From the IMG/VR virus record IMGVR_UViG_3300033463_000004, positions 32,001-96,000 of that record: a stretch of DNA of 64,000 bases. One strand, given 5' to 3'. A program made the position numbers and the translations under genes. The notes beneath the pieces are model-generated. The model worked only from the letters and a program-made list of their open reading frames with translations, searched no databases and was not told where the DNA came from. This DNA comes from a virus. Its lineage: Duplodnaviria > Caudoviricetes. The first letter of the stretch is position 1, and the number at the start of each line of letters is the position of its first letter. Shown here piece by piece: positions 56,757 through 64,000 of the stretch.

Positions 56757-58577
56757 ATGGCTAACCTGACAGAAGAAGAGAAGGCTCGTGCAAAAGAAAT
56801 CGCAACACAACAAGCAGCAGCTGATATGAAAGCAGGAAAAGATGCGTGGGCTGACTATGGTAAAGGTGTTGAAGAACTGAACAAAGCCATGAATGATTTG
56901 GGTAATGATATTACCAATCTGAAATCATCTGGTTCTGCTCTCGGTGGTAATATTGGAAAACTGATTTCCGATACAAAACTGAAAGCCAATGCGAATGCGG
57001 GTCAATATCCAACAGCATCTATTATCAAACGTGCTGCAAGAAACGTTGTTGAATTCCCTGTATTCATTTCATCATCTGTTCCGATTGAATATGCTACTGC
57101 AACGAATTCTCTTCTCGAACAAATGTATGCCTCATTCTTGCAGATGGCAATTTCCCAAAATCCTGTTATTCCGGAAGAAGCTGCAAGAAGCGGTGATATC
57201 TTCAAGGGTCTTGGATTGAAGAGTGATGTGTCAAAGTATCTTGAATATGCTGAACTTCCGGGAAATCCTGATTACATGTTCTATGCAAAAGATGCTTGCC
57301 ATAATACAATCACATCTGATGATTGCATTGTTGAATTCAGTCTTCTTTCTATTGATAATAATACATCGAGAATCATCAATGAAGCAGTTGATTATCAGCC
57401 TTTGTCAGAATTCGATCATTATTTCCAAGAAGCTGCAACTAACGAAAAGATCGAAAAACTTGAGAAACAGATTGAAGATCTTGAAGAAGAAGAGGAAGAT
57501 CTTGAAGATTCTCGTAGATTGAGTCCGAATCACCCGGAGCTTTTCCAGGATAAGGAAAAGACGCGTATCAAAGAAGTGAAAGACGAATTAAAAGATCTTC
57601 GTAAAGAACTTCGTGAAGCAAAGAAAGAAGTCAATTCTAATGCGATGGACATAATGAATCGCGTTAAAGCTGCTGACGATATTGGTATCCTCGATTCGGA
57701 AACCGGACGAGCAATGGTAGTTGGTGACGATGGTAAAATGAAACCAATCGCAGCTCATACTCGCAAGGATCGTGAAGAAGCACGAAAACAACAAGATGAA
57801 GAGAGAAAGAACAAAGCAGAAGCACGCGATGCAGAAATGCATCCATTAAACAAAGCAAAAGCAAAAGCTGAACTTGCACCAAGAGCACCACAGCTCATGG
57901 ACGAGACAAAAATCAATAAGCTCAATAGCATGAAGCCGTTGATGATGACTGTCGGTCTTCGTATTATGCAAGGAAACAACATCAGTGATGTGATCGATTA
58001 TGTCGTTGGTGTAAAGACACATTGTCGTGTAATTCCTGCAGAAGTTCTTCCGGATTTCGCAGAGTATCCTTCTAAGACGATGAACTTTGTTTCCAGAAAA
58101 GCTCGTTGGCGTGCAGGTGAATTGAAGTTTGTTGATTATCTTTTCTCAAGAAAAGAAAAGAAGCAAGCTGCATATGATTCTCGTGATCCGAAACGTAAGT
58201 GGTATCACAGACTATATACACTTGCACATTCGAAAGGCAGTTCAAAAGCTGCAAAACGAATTACCGGTTCATCTTCTGGTGAAGGTCTCATTCCAAATGT
58301 CACAGTGGTTCTTTCCAAAGCCGATGTTGATATGATTGAAGCAACAAATGGTATCGATCTCCTGAAGGGTTCTACTGCAAAGAGGATTTGCCAAGAACTC
58401 TTCCTGATTTCAATCGTTGTCATCGATACTGATTCACAATCATTGAAGATGTTCTTACCTGATACAATGAATGATTATGAAGTTCATTCTCTTGCATCGG
58501 TAAACAAACAACTTGCAACATTGGATTCTGCAAGCGACGTTTCTCGTGAAGTAACGAAACTGATGCGTGGCAGATAA
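56757..58577 (+). CDS. virion head structural protein (jumbo phage conserved)
   Basis: 606 aa; SI.KRA....EFPV.IS...LLE..YASF, central coiled coil, YFQEA putative protease site. Confidence 0.55.
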   Translation: MANLTEEEKARAKEIATQQAAADMKAGKDAWADYGKGVEELNKAMNDLGNDITNLKSSGSALGGNIGKLISDTKLKANANAGQYPTASIIKRAARNVVEFPVFISSSVPIEYATATNSLLEQMYASFLQMAISQNPVIPEEAARSGDIFKGLGLKSDVSKYLEYAELPGNPDYMFYAKDACHNTITSDDCIVEFSLLSIDNNTSRIINEAVDYQPLSEFDHYFQEAATNEKIEKLEKQIEDLEEEEEDLEDSRRLSPNHPELFQDKEKTRIKEVKDELKDLRKELREAKKEVNSNAMDIMNRVKAADDIGILDSETGRAMVVGDDGKMKPIAAHTRKDREEARKQQDEERKNKAEARDAEMHPLNKAKAKAELAPRAPQLMDETKINKLNSMKPLMMTVGLRIMQGNNISDVIDYVVGVKTHCRVIPAEVLPDFAEYPSKTMNFVSRKARWRAGELKFVDYLFSRKEKKQAAYDSRDPKRKWYHRLYTLAHSKGSSKAAKRITGSSSGEGLIPNVTVVLSKADVDMIEATNGIDLLKGSTAKRICQELFLISIVVIDTDSQSLKMFLPDTMNDYEVHSLASVNKQLATLDSASDVSREVTKLMRGR

Positions 58578-58597
58578 TTGGAAAGGAGTGATATACA

Positions 58598-59806
58598 ATG
58601 GCACTTTTTGAAAGTAAGAAAAAGGTGAATCAAAAGAAACTTGATTCTGCCATGCTTGCAATCAATTCAATGCTCAACGAGATTTATTCTAATAAATCTT
58701 CGGATGAGTATAAAATGAAAGGTGATATTACCAAGTCACCATCATATTCAAAGATTGAAGAAATGGTTGCAGATCTGAAAACATTGAAGGGATATCCTCA
58801 GAATGAAGCTGCTGATATCACAAAAATGTTTAACACACTGCATCGTCCTATCTTCAAAACCATGGTGAAAGAATACATCATGGAGCATAACGATAAGAAT
58901 ACAGTATTCACAGCAACATTCACTGTTGGTTATCGTCTGTTGGTTGGAGAACTGACCCGCATATTTGCATCAACGATTGCAACTGATAAGGGTATTGTTT
59001 ATAAACCAAACAAGGTTCAAAAGAAATCTGATGCTTCCGAGATGATCAAAATTTATAACGATCAACTTGAAGACAGACTCAACAAATACATCAAAGATGC
59101 AAAAGCATATCCACAAGAATCACCTGTCAGTGAATCAATGCTTGTCATGATGGTTGAGAAGATGTATCAGGAATCGACAGAAGATACTAATGAAGATGCA
59201 ACACCCATCAAAGAAAGCGACGATGATACAACTGCGAATGTTGATCCAGAAGATGATACTAATGGTGATGCAGAACCTGTACAAGAAGCGAGTAAGATTG
59301 CTTCAGGTTTGGCAGCACTTGCAAAAGGTAGTTCAACCGCTGCTGCCGCAATTACTGGGTTTGGTAAAGACCTTACGGTTGTCGCAATATCTGTTGGAAT
59401 CATTGCGGGTCTGTTTAAGGGTATTAACAGTATCTTCAAGGGATTTAACCCAATTGCTGACATCAATTATCTTTTCATGAATTCTTATGACAAGAAGATT
59501 GATGCACTTGGAAACGTATCCAAGATGTATGAAGAGACAAAGAAAGCTTATGAAGAATACATGAAGCTTCCTGAGACTCAACGCAACAAGAAAGTTGAAG
59601 CAAAGTATATTCAAAACATGGAAAAGTATAATATTTCCATGCAGAATCTTGCTGCACAGATTGAACATTTCAATCAGCGTGCAAAGAAAGAATCCGGTGA
59701 AGTTGTGAATGATATTGAGAATAAGCTTCCATCTGGTAATGTTAATGCATCATCAGAAGGTGGATCACAAGATTCTTCACAACAAGATGACGATTTTCAA
59801 TTCTAA
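58598..59806 (+). CDS. internal head / ejection-type protein
   Basis: 402 aa; acidic linker with repeated xxE(S/A) motifs, then a hydrophobic Ala/Gly helix and a coiled coil. Confidence 0.55.
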   Translation: MALFESKKKVNQKKLDSAMLAINSMLNEIYSNKSSDEYKMKGDITKSPSYSKIEEMVADLKTLKGYPQNEAADITKMFNTLHRPIFKTMVKEYIMEHNDKNTVFTATFTVGYRLLVGELTRIFASTIATDKGIVYKPNKVQKKSDASEMIKIYNDQLEDRLNKYIKDAKAYPQESPVSESMLVMMVEKMYQESTEDTNEDATPIKESDDDTTANVDPEDDTNGDAEPVQEASKIASGLAALAKGSSTAAAAITGFGKDLTVVAISVGIIAGLFKGINSIFKGFNPIADINYLFMNSYDKKIDALGNVSKMYEETKKAYEEYMKLPETQRNKKVEAKYIQNMEKYNISMQNLAAQIEHFNQRAKKESGEVVNDIENKLPSGNVNASSEGGSQDSSQQDDDFQF

Positions 59807-59815
59807 GAAAGAAAT

Positions 59816-59838
59816 GGAGTGGGGCATTGCCCCACTCC
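59816..59838 (+). terminator. intrinsic terminator
   Basis: GGAGTGGGGC ATT GCCCCACTCC followed by a T-run. Confidence 0.85.
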
Positions 59839-59898
59839 TTCTTTTTTATCTTTTTATTTACAGATATTTATATGGTTGATCGGAAGGGATGTGATTGT

Positions 59899-60321
59899 TT
59901 GAAACTGAAATTTATTGTAAATGACATCGCTTCATTACTTACAAATTTCTATATTTGTATAACAAACAATAAACCATCTAGTGTTAAGAAAAGATCAATC
60001 ATGGAATTGCATGTGAAACAAGCAATCTTATCAACATATGATTGTATGTATGATGATGTAGATGATGAAGTTTGGATGATTGATATATGGGATCATATGA
60101 ATTTATATACTTATGAATTAAATCATGATGTTGTGTATGATGCAAAACAGATGCGTGATGTTATGAATGATATGCAACGTCGACTGGATGAATTAATTCA
60201 TCATCCACCGGATACATTTAATTTAGATTGCGAACTCATAACAATTCGATGTGTTCCATTTGATGGATTTTCAATCACACCACGCGATATCATAACATTA
60301 CTTGATATTGATTGTATGTGA
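59899..60321 (+). CDS. hypothetical protein
   Basis: Probable TTG start at 59899 behind GAAGGGATG; the track ORF start lies inside the terminator. Confidence 0.6.
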   Translation: MKLKFIVNDIASLLTNFYICITNNKPSSVKKRSIMELHVKQAILSTYDCMYDDVDDEVWMIDIWDHMNLYTYELNHDVVYDAKQMRDVMNDMQRRLDELIHHPPDTFNLDCELITIRCVPFDGFSITPRDIITLLDIDCM

Positions 60322-60345
60322 TTGGCTATACTATAATAGAAAGAA

Positions 60346-60549
60346 GTGAATGTAATGAATCGAGCTATATTAATCAAAGATCAAAATGATCAACTTGTTG
60401 GTGAGTTAATGGCTGCATCAGAAACTGATATTCTGAAATATTTGGCAAAAGGTTTAAAAGTTATTGATAAACGAACAACCGAGTGTATTCAGGAAGCTGA
60501 TGTAGTTGGAACACTTGGTGTGTCTGACGGTTCCATTATTATGGAATAA
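60346..60549 (+). CDS. small hypothetical protein
   Basis: About 64-67 aa; start GTG 60346 or ATG 60355. Confidence 0.6.
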   Translation: MNVMNRAILIKDQNDQLVGELMAASETDILKYLAKGLKVIDKRTTECIQEADVVGTLGVSDGSIIME

Positions 60550-60561
60550 AAAATATTTTTA

Positions 60562-60576
60562 GACACATATATCATT
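60562..60576 (+). promoter_or_regulatory. putative early promoter GACACATATATCATT
   Basis: Motif match, followed by leader hairpin at about 60583-60620. Confidence 0.55.
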
Positions 60577-60658
60577 CAAATGTATAATCAGGTGATATTG
60601 TGCGGTATCATCAGATTGTATATAAATCCCACCATTCTATATTAAGGAGGAAAAAGTA

Positions 60659-61069
60659 ATGGCAACAAATAAGGTCGCCAGCACCCCGGCATGGGTTGCA
60701 TATGGCAACGCTCAACTGCAGGAAGCTGCACGTGCAGACTTCAAGAAAAATGCTGCAAAGATGGGTTACCCGTCTAAGGATGAAATCGGAATCGTCGATC
60801 AGACCACTCTGGACATCTCCCAGACTCTGGCTGCGATCCCGGGTGCAGTATCTGGTTATATGCATGACGAGAAGCGTGCATTTGCACTTCCGGCACCTGA
60901 CAAGAAGACTACTCCGGCAACGATTAAGGTTGTTGCAGTGGAGCAGAAGACCAAGGAAGGTGTTTCCACTCTCGGCAAGAACAAGGGTCAGCCGTACAAG
61001 TCGGTTGTGAAAGCTCACGAGGAAGTGAAGGTTTCCAACAACCGCAAGGATTTCAAGAGCACGAAATAA
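60659..61069 (+). CDS. abundant basic DNA-binding protein, divergent HU/IHF-like
   Basis: 136 aa, Lys-rich, strong codon bias, AAGGAGG RBS; IKVVAVEQKTKEGVSTLGKNKGQPYKSVVKAHEEVKVS mirrors the HU beta-arm. Confidence 0.45.
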   Translation: MATNKVASTPAWVAYGNAQLQEAARADFKKNAAKMGYPSKDEIGIVDQTTLDISQTLAAIPGAVSGYMHDEKRAFALPAPDKKTTPATIKVVAVEQKTKEGVSTLGKNKGQPYKSVVKAHEEVKVSNNRKDFKSTK

Positions 61070-61107
61070 GTTTGGGTTCCTTATTTCGTGGACAAAGATC
61101 TGACAAC

Positions 61108-61137
61108 ATGATATGGGGGCATTTGCCCCCATATCAT
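61108..61137. terminator. terminator-type hairpin
   Basis: ATGATATGGGGGC ATTT GCCCCCATATCAT. Confidence 0.8.
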
Positions 61138-61167
61138 CTATTACAAATTTTTATGGAGGAAAATAAA

Positions 61168-62019
61168 ATGTTTGAAACTCTGTATACTTTAAAATTCCAT
61201 TCCAGATGTGCATTTGATGTACATAATCTGTTTGTCGGCTTTGCTGATAGACTCGTCAAAATTATTAAGAATTCCGATAAACATCCTTACTCCGATATGG
61301 GTCTTCCGCATTTTGACATGAAAGATATCAAAACCAAAAATATCTTAAGTGATATAATTGAACCTGACAGTGATAAAGCTATCGGAGATAAATCAACAGT
61401 TTCCATTTCTTTCAGAACATCAGGTGGTACTTTTAAACGGTATTACGATTTTGAATTGAATACATATATGCCGTATGGAAAAGAACATGCTTCATTCATC
61501 GAAACCGAATTTGTCGTGAAGTCTGATACAAAGTTGAGAGAAGATGCCGCCCTTTATAAACCCGAAGTAAATTCATTCGTTGAATGGTTTGGACGTCATT
61601 TGGAAATCATGCTTTATACAACATATCGTATTCTGTCAGATTCCAGAGATAGTAAACTCACAAATTTGAGAAAGGATGTTCTTGATTTTATTGACAGAGA
61701 AATGTTCTCCGATCTTCTGAGTGATGATGAAGATTTGAGAAGTTTCTCGTTTGAAACACATAATAATGACAAAGTTCCGCTGCAACATGATGTCCGATTT
61801 GATTTCAAGGTTGGGCGTAAAATTGTATTCGCCATCGTTGTTCGTTATCTGGAAGAAGTGGACAAACTTGTGTTTGTCCGACCGAAGACTACACTGAAAG
61901 ATATCGATACAATTCCAACAAACTTGAATCCCAGACAAACATATATCATCAAAGGTTTCATGGATATTTGTCAAAAGCATGTCAATGCTGACGAGGTGTG
62001 GAATGATATTAACGTATGA
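61168..62019 (+). CDS. hypothetical protein
   Basis: Start MFETLY at 61168 behind GGAGG. Confidence 0.75.
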   Translation: MFETLYTLKFHSRCAFDVHNLFVGFADRLVKIIKNSDKHPYSDMGLPHFDMKDIKTKNILSDIIEPDSDKAIGDKSTVSISFRTSGGTFKRYYDFELNTYMPYGKEHASFIETEFVVKSDTKLREDAALYKPEVNSFVEWFGRHLEIMLYTTYRILSDSRDSKLTNLRKDVLDFIDREMFSDLLSDDEDLRSFSFETHNNDKVPLQHDVRFDFKVGRKIVFAIVVRYLEEVDKLVFVRPKTTLKDIDTIPTNLNPRQTYIIKGFMDICQKHVNADEVWNDINV

Positions 62020-62431
62020 TGGTCAGATGTTCGCTGACATGGTTTACTACTCAATTATTCGTGATTTACTGATTAAAATGGTTCCTGAAAATACAAACAA
62101 CGATTTTGTGTTAGCATTATCGGATTTACAAGATTATGGTAATAATGAAATTAGTGCAGACTATGGTGCTGCATTTTACCAGAGACAAACTACTGATGAC
62201 AAGAATCCAAGATTGATTGTAACTGTCATGAAAGTGCCTGATAAGGTTTATATTACATTAAATGGAATTGATCCTGATGCATTGATTGAGGTTGAAGTGA
62301 ATTCCGGTAATCTCCATGTACTTGGAATCAATCTGGATAAACTGGATGATGAGAAAAAAGAATCTGCTAAATTCATATTTGATATTGTACGTGATACATT
62401 GATTTCTCTTACAAAACGAATCGTCGGATGA
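62003..62431 (+). CDS. hypothetical protein
   Basis: Start MILTYD at 62003 behind GAGGTG, overlapping the upstream stop. Confidence 0.7.
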   Translation: MILTYDGQMFADMVYYSIIRDLLIKMVPENTNNDFVLALSDLQDYGNNEISADYGAAFYQRQTTDDKNPRLIVTVMKVPDKVYITLNGIDPDALIEVEVNSGNLHVLGINLDKLDDEKKESAKFIFDIVRDTLISLTKRIVG

Positions 62432-62464
62432 TGATATTTTTATACGTATAAAAATATATAAAGA

Positions 62465-62488
62465 ATGTGGGGGCATTCGCCCCCACAT
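62465..62488 (+). terminator. intrinsic terminator
   Basis: ATGTGGGGGC ATTC GCCCCCACAT followed by a T-run. Confidence 0.85.
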
Positions 62489-62549
62489 ATTTTTTTTACT
62501 TCGAATTAAAGCTTATATAAGCTTAATTTTAAAATAAGGAGTGATAAAT

Positions 62550-63506
62550 ATGTTGAAAGTTTTCAAGCCACGATTAACCCGTCCTGAAAAAGGTAATAAG
62601 TTTTATATTACAATAGATACAGGCGGTTACTCTGCAGCAATTGTTGGTAATCCCATTGATACATTATGCAATGTACTCGCAAACTGTGTTGGATATGCAT
62701 ATGGTCGTTTTAATGAAATTTCCAATAATACAAAAATGTCATATCTTGCACCAAGAAATGCAGAAGTATTTTGGGATATCGCAGGTCAACAAGGGTTTGA
62801 AAGATCGCAGACGCCAAAGATTGGTTCATGTATTGTTTGGCAAAAAGGTCCAACAAGAGACCCAAAAGGCGAAGATGGTGCTGGTCATGTTGCCATTGTT
62901 GAACAGGTGATTGACGAGAATACTGTTATCACATCTGAATCCGGTTATGGTTGTGCAACACCATTCTGGACACAAACAAGAAAACGTGGAGCTGATGGAA
63001 ACTGGGGAATGGGAACTGATTATAAATTCCTCGGTTTCATTCATCATCCTGATATTGATGCAAATACGAGAATTTATACTGGTGGAGACACTCCTGTTGA
63101 ACCGTATCTCGTTATGCTTGAAGCAGGTACACCGATTTACAATATCAACGGAACAGTTGTCGTTCAGTGTGGTACAATTACTGTTACGACAAAATATACA
63201 ATCGTTGATGAAATGATTGTTGATAAAAATCTGTATGGTAAATTGAAATCTGGTGCAGGCTGGGTTATTTTGAGGGGAATTGTTCCGAACCCGACTCCGA
63301 CTACTATGCAGCTTGGTGATTCTGGAGAGAATGTAAAACAACTTCAAAAGAAACTGGTTGAACTCGGATATATGTATAAAGATTGTGTGACAAGTACATT
63401 CGATAGATTAACATTATCCGGAGTAACCGGTTATCAGCTAGAAGCCGGACTTGCAGTTGATGGAATCTGTGGTCCAGCAACACAAAAATCATTAGGCTTA
63501 ATTTAA
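62550..63506 (+). CDS. endolysin: CHAP catalytic domain, SH3-like domain and peptidoglycan-binding domain
   Basis: ANCVGYAYGRF (catalytic Cys), GHVAIVEQV (His), SESGY; YTIVDE...GKLKSGAGWV; LGDSGENVKQLQ..L...DGICGPAT. Confidence 0.9.
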   Translation: MLKVFKPRLTRPEKGNKFYITIDTGGYSAAIVGNPIDTLCNVLANCVGYAYGRFNEISNNTKMSYLAPRNAEVFWDIAGQQGFERSQTPKIGSCIVWQKGPTRDPKGEDGAGHVAIVEQVIDENTVITSESGYGCATPFWTQTRKRGADGNWGMGTDYKFLGFIHHPDIDANTRIYTGGDTPVEPYLVMLEAGTPIYNINGTVVVQCGTITVTTKYTIVDEMIVDKNLYGKLKSGAGWVILRGIVPNPTPTTMQLGDSGENVKQLQKKLVELGYMYKDCVTSTFDRLTLSGVTGYQLEAGLAVDGICGPATQKSLGLI

Positions 63507-63514
63507 AATAAATA

Positions 63515-63550
63515 AAATATAAATGGGGGCTTTCGCCCCCATTTATATTT
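63515..63550. terminator. terminator hairpin, copy 1 of an exact 36-bp direct repeat
   Basis: AAATATAAATGGGGGCTTTCGCCCCCATTTATATTT. Confidence 0.85.
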
Positions 63551-63563
63551 GTTTTCTGTCATC

Positions 63564-63578
63564 CATATGTATATAATT
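63564..63578 (+). promoter_or_regulatory. putative early promoter CATATGTATATAATT
   Basis: Identical to the 29307 copy; followed by hairpin ATTTGAACAG-GAACGGAGATA-CTGTTCAAAT. Confidence 0.65.
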
Positions 63579-63630
63579 CATTTGAACAGGAACGGAGATA
63601 CTGTTCAAATATACACTTGGAGGTGATAAT

Positions 63631-63774
63631 ATGGATGACATGCAGAGTCGCATAGCGACACGTTTGGATTTTGTTGAATCCAAACAGACAGAAACGTCTT
63701 CGGAATTTGTATGTAACGATCGGAACGTCGTGAGACAAATTTTCAAGACCATCAAACGTCTCTATCATATTTGA
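63631..63774 (+). CDS. 47-aa early micro-protein (not in the ORF track)
   Basis: GGAGGTGA RBS; MDDMQSRIATRLDFVESKQTETSSEFVCNDRNVVRQIFKTIKRLYHI; has its own promoter and terminator. Confidence 0.6.
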   Translation: MDDMQSRIATRLDFVESKQTETSSEFVCNDRNVVRQIFKTIKRLYHI

Positions 63775-63792
63775 TAGTAATTGACGAAATAG

Positions 63793-63828
63793 AAATATAA
63801 ATGGGGGCTTTCGCCCCCATTTATATTT
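63793..63828. terminator. terminator hairpin, copy 2 of the exact 36-bp direct repeat
   Basis: Identical to 63515-63550. Confidence 0.85.
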
Positions 63829-63829
63829 T

Positions 63830-64000
63830 TTATTCAAACATAGCAACGAGTTGTTCGATTAACATATCATCTTCATCACTGAATTCAGTATCTTCATCAT
63901 CGAAATAATAATCAATATATTCTGGAAATTCTTCAGAAATTTGATATGCTAAATTTCGAATAGAAGATGACTGTACTTTGATATCACTTACAAGAAACTC
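63830..64000 (-). CDS. 3' end of an acidic hypothetical protein (truncated by the window)
   Basis: Open frame EFLVSDIKVQ...DDEDTEFSDEDDMLIEQLVAMFE*. Confidence 0.6.
   Translation of the reverse strand, partial: EFLVSDIKVQSSSIRNLAYQISEEFPEYIDYYFDDEDTEFSDEDDMLIEQLVAMFE

Noticed and set aside
63515-63828. CRISPR mini-array (36-bp palindromic repeats)
   Set aside because: Only two copies, separated by a 242-bp spacer that holds a gene; the repeat is a member of the terminator family, and no cas genes are present
1-64000. Stop-codon reassignment (code 15 or code 4), as in some gut phages
   Set aside because: Core genes are long and intact under the standard code, with high coding density and no sign of fragmentation at TAG or TGA
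1-64000. Phage nucleus (chimallin), tubulin or major capsid genes
   Set aside because: Not recognisable in this window, so a nucleus-forming lifestyle cannot be claimed

Overview
This 64 kb window comes from an AT-rich jumbo myophage of the phiKZ/AR9-PBS1 type. The host is most likely a Firmicute, based on strong AGGAGG Shine-Dalgarno sites and a CHAP plus peptidoglycan-binding endolysin. Packaging and structural genes include the portal, terminase large subunit, tail tube, a very large tail sheath, a baseplate wedge, a Zn-finger baseplate-hub or tail-chaperone protein, a tail-fibre/receptor-binding block and probable head proteins. The window also encodes three pieces of split multisubunit RNA polymerases (beta C-part, catalytic beta' N-part, beta' C-part), a GyrB-type topoisomerase subunit, an SF2 helicase, a RusA resolvase, a BCS1-like AAA ATPase, a degenerate FEN-like nuclease, a minimal polymerase-palm protein and an HU-like protein. 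The standard genetic code fits, and I saw no tRNA, CRISPR array, intron, integrase or reverse transcriptase. The most novel signal is non-coding. There are 18 stereotyped GGGG-loop-CCCC terminators, an early promoter motif CATAT(A/G)TATATNATT that is usually followed by a 5' leader hairpin, and a weaker AR9-like late motif (AAC[AG]-N6-TA). Four intergenic, multi-hairpin RNA candidates (4512-4648, 15204-15386, 23551-23717, 44419-44644) carry anti-Shine-Dalgarno-like CU tracts, in hairpin loops in three cases, suggesting a possible phage sRNA system. A probable -1 frameshift joins the Zn-finger tail gene to a downstream ORF. All functional calls rest on motif recognition by eye; no searches or folding programs were run.
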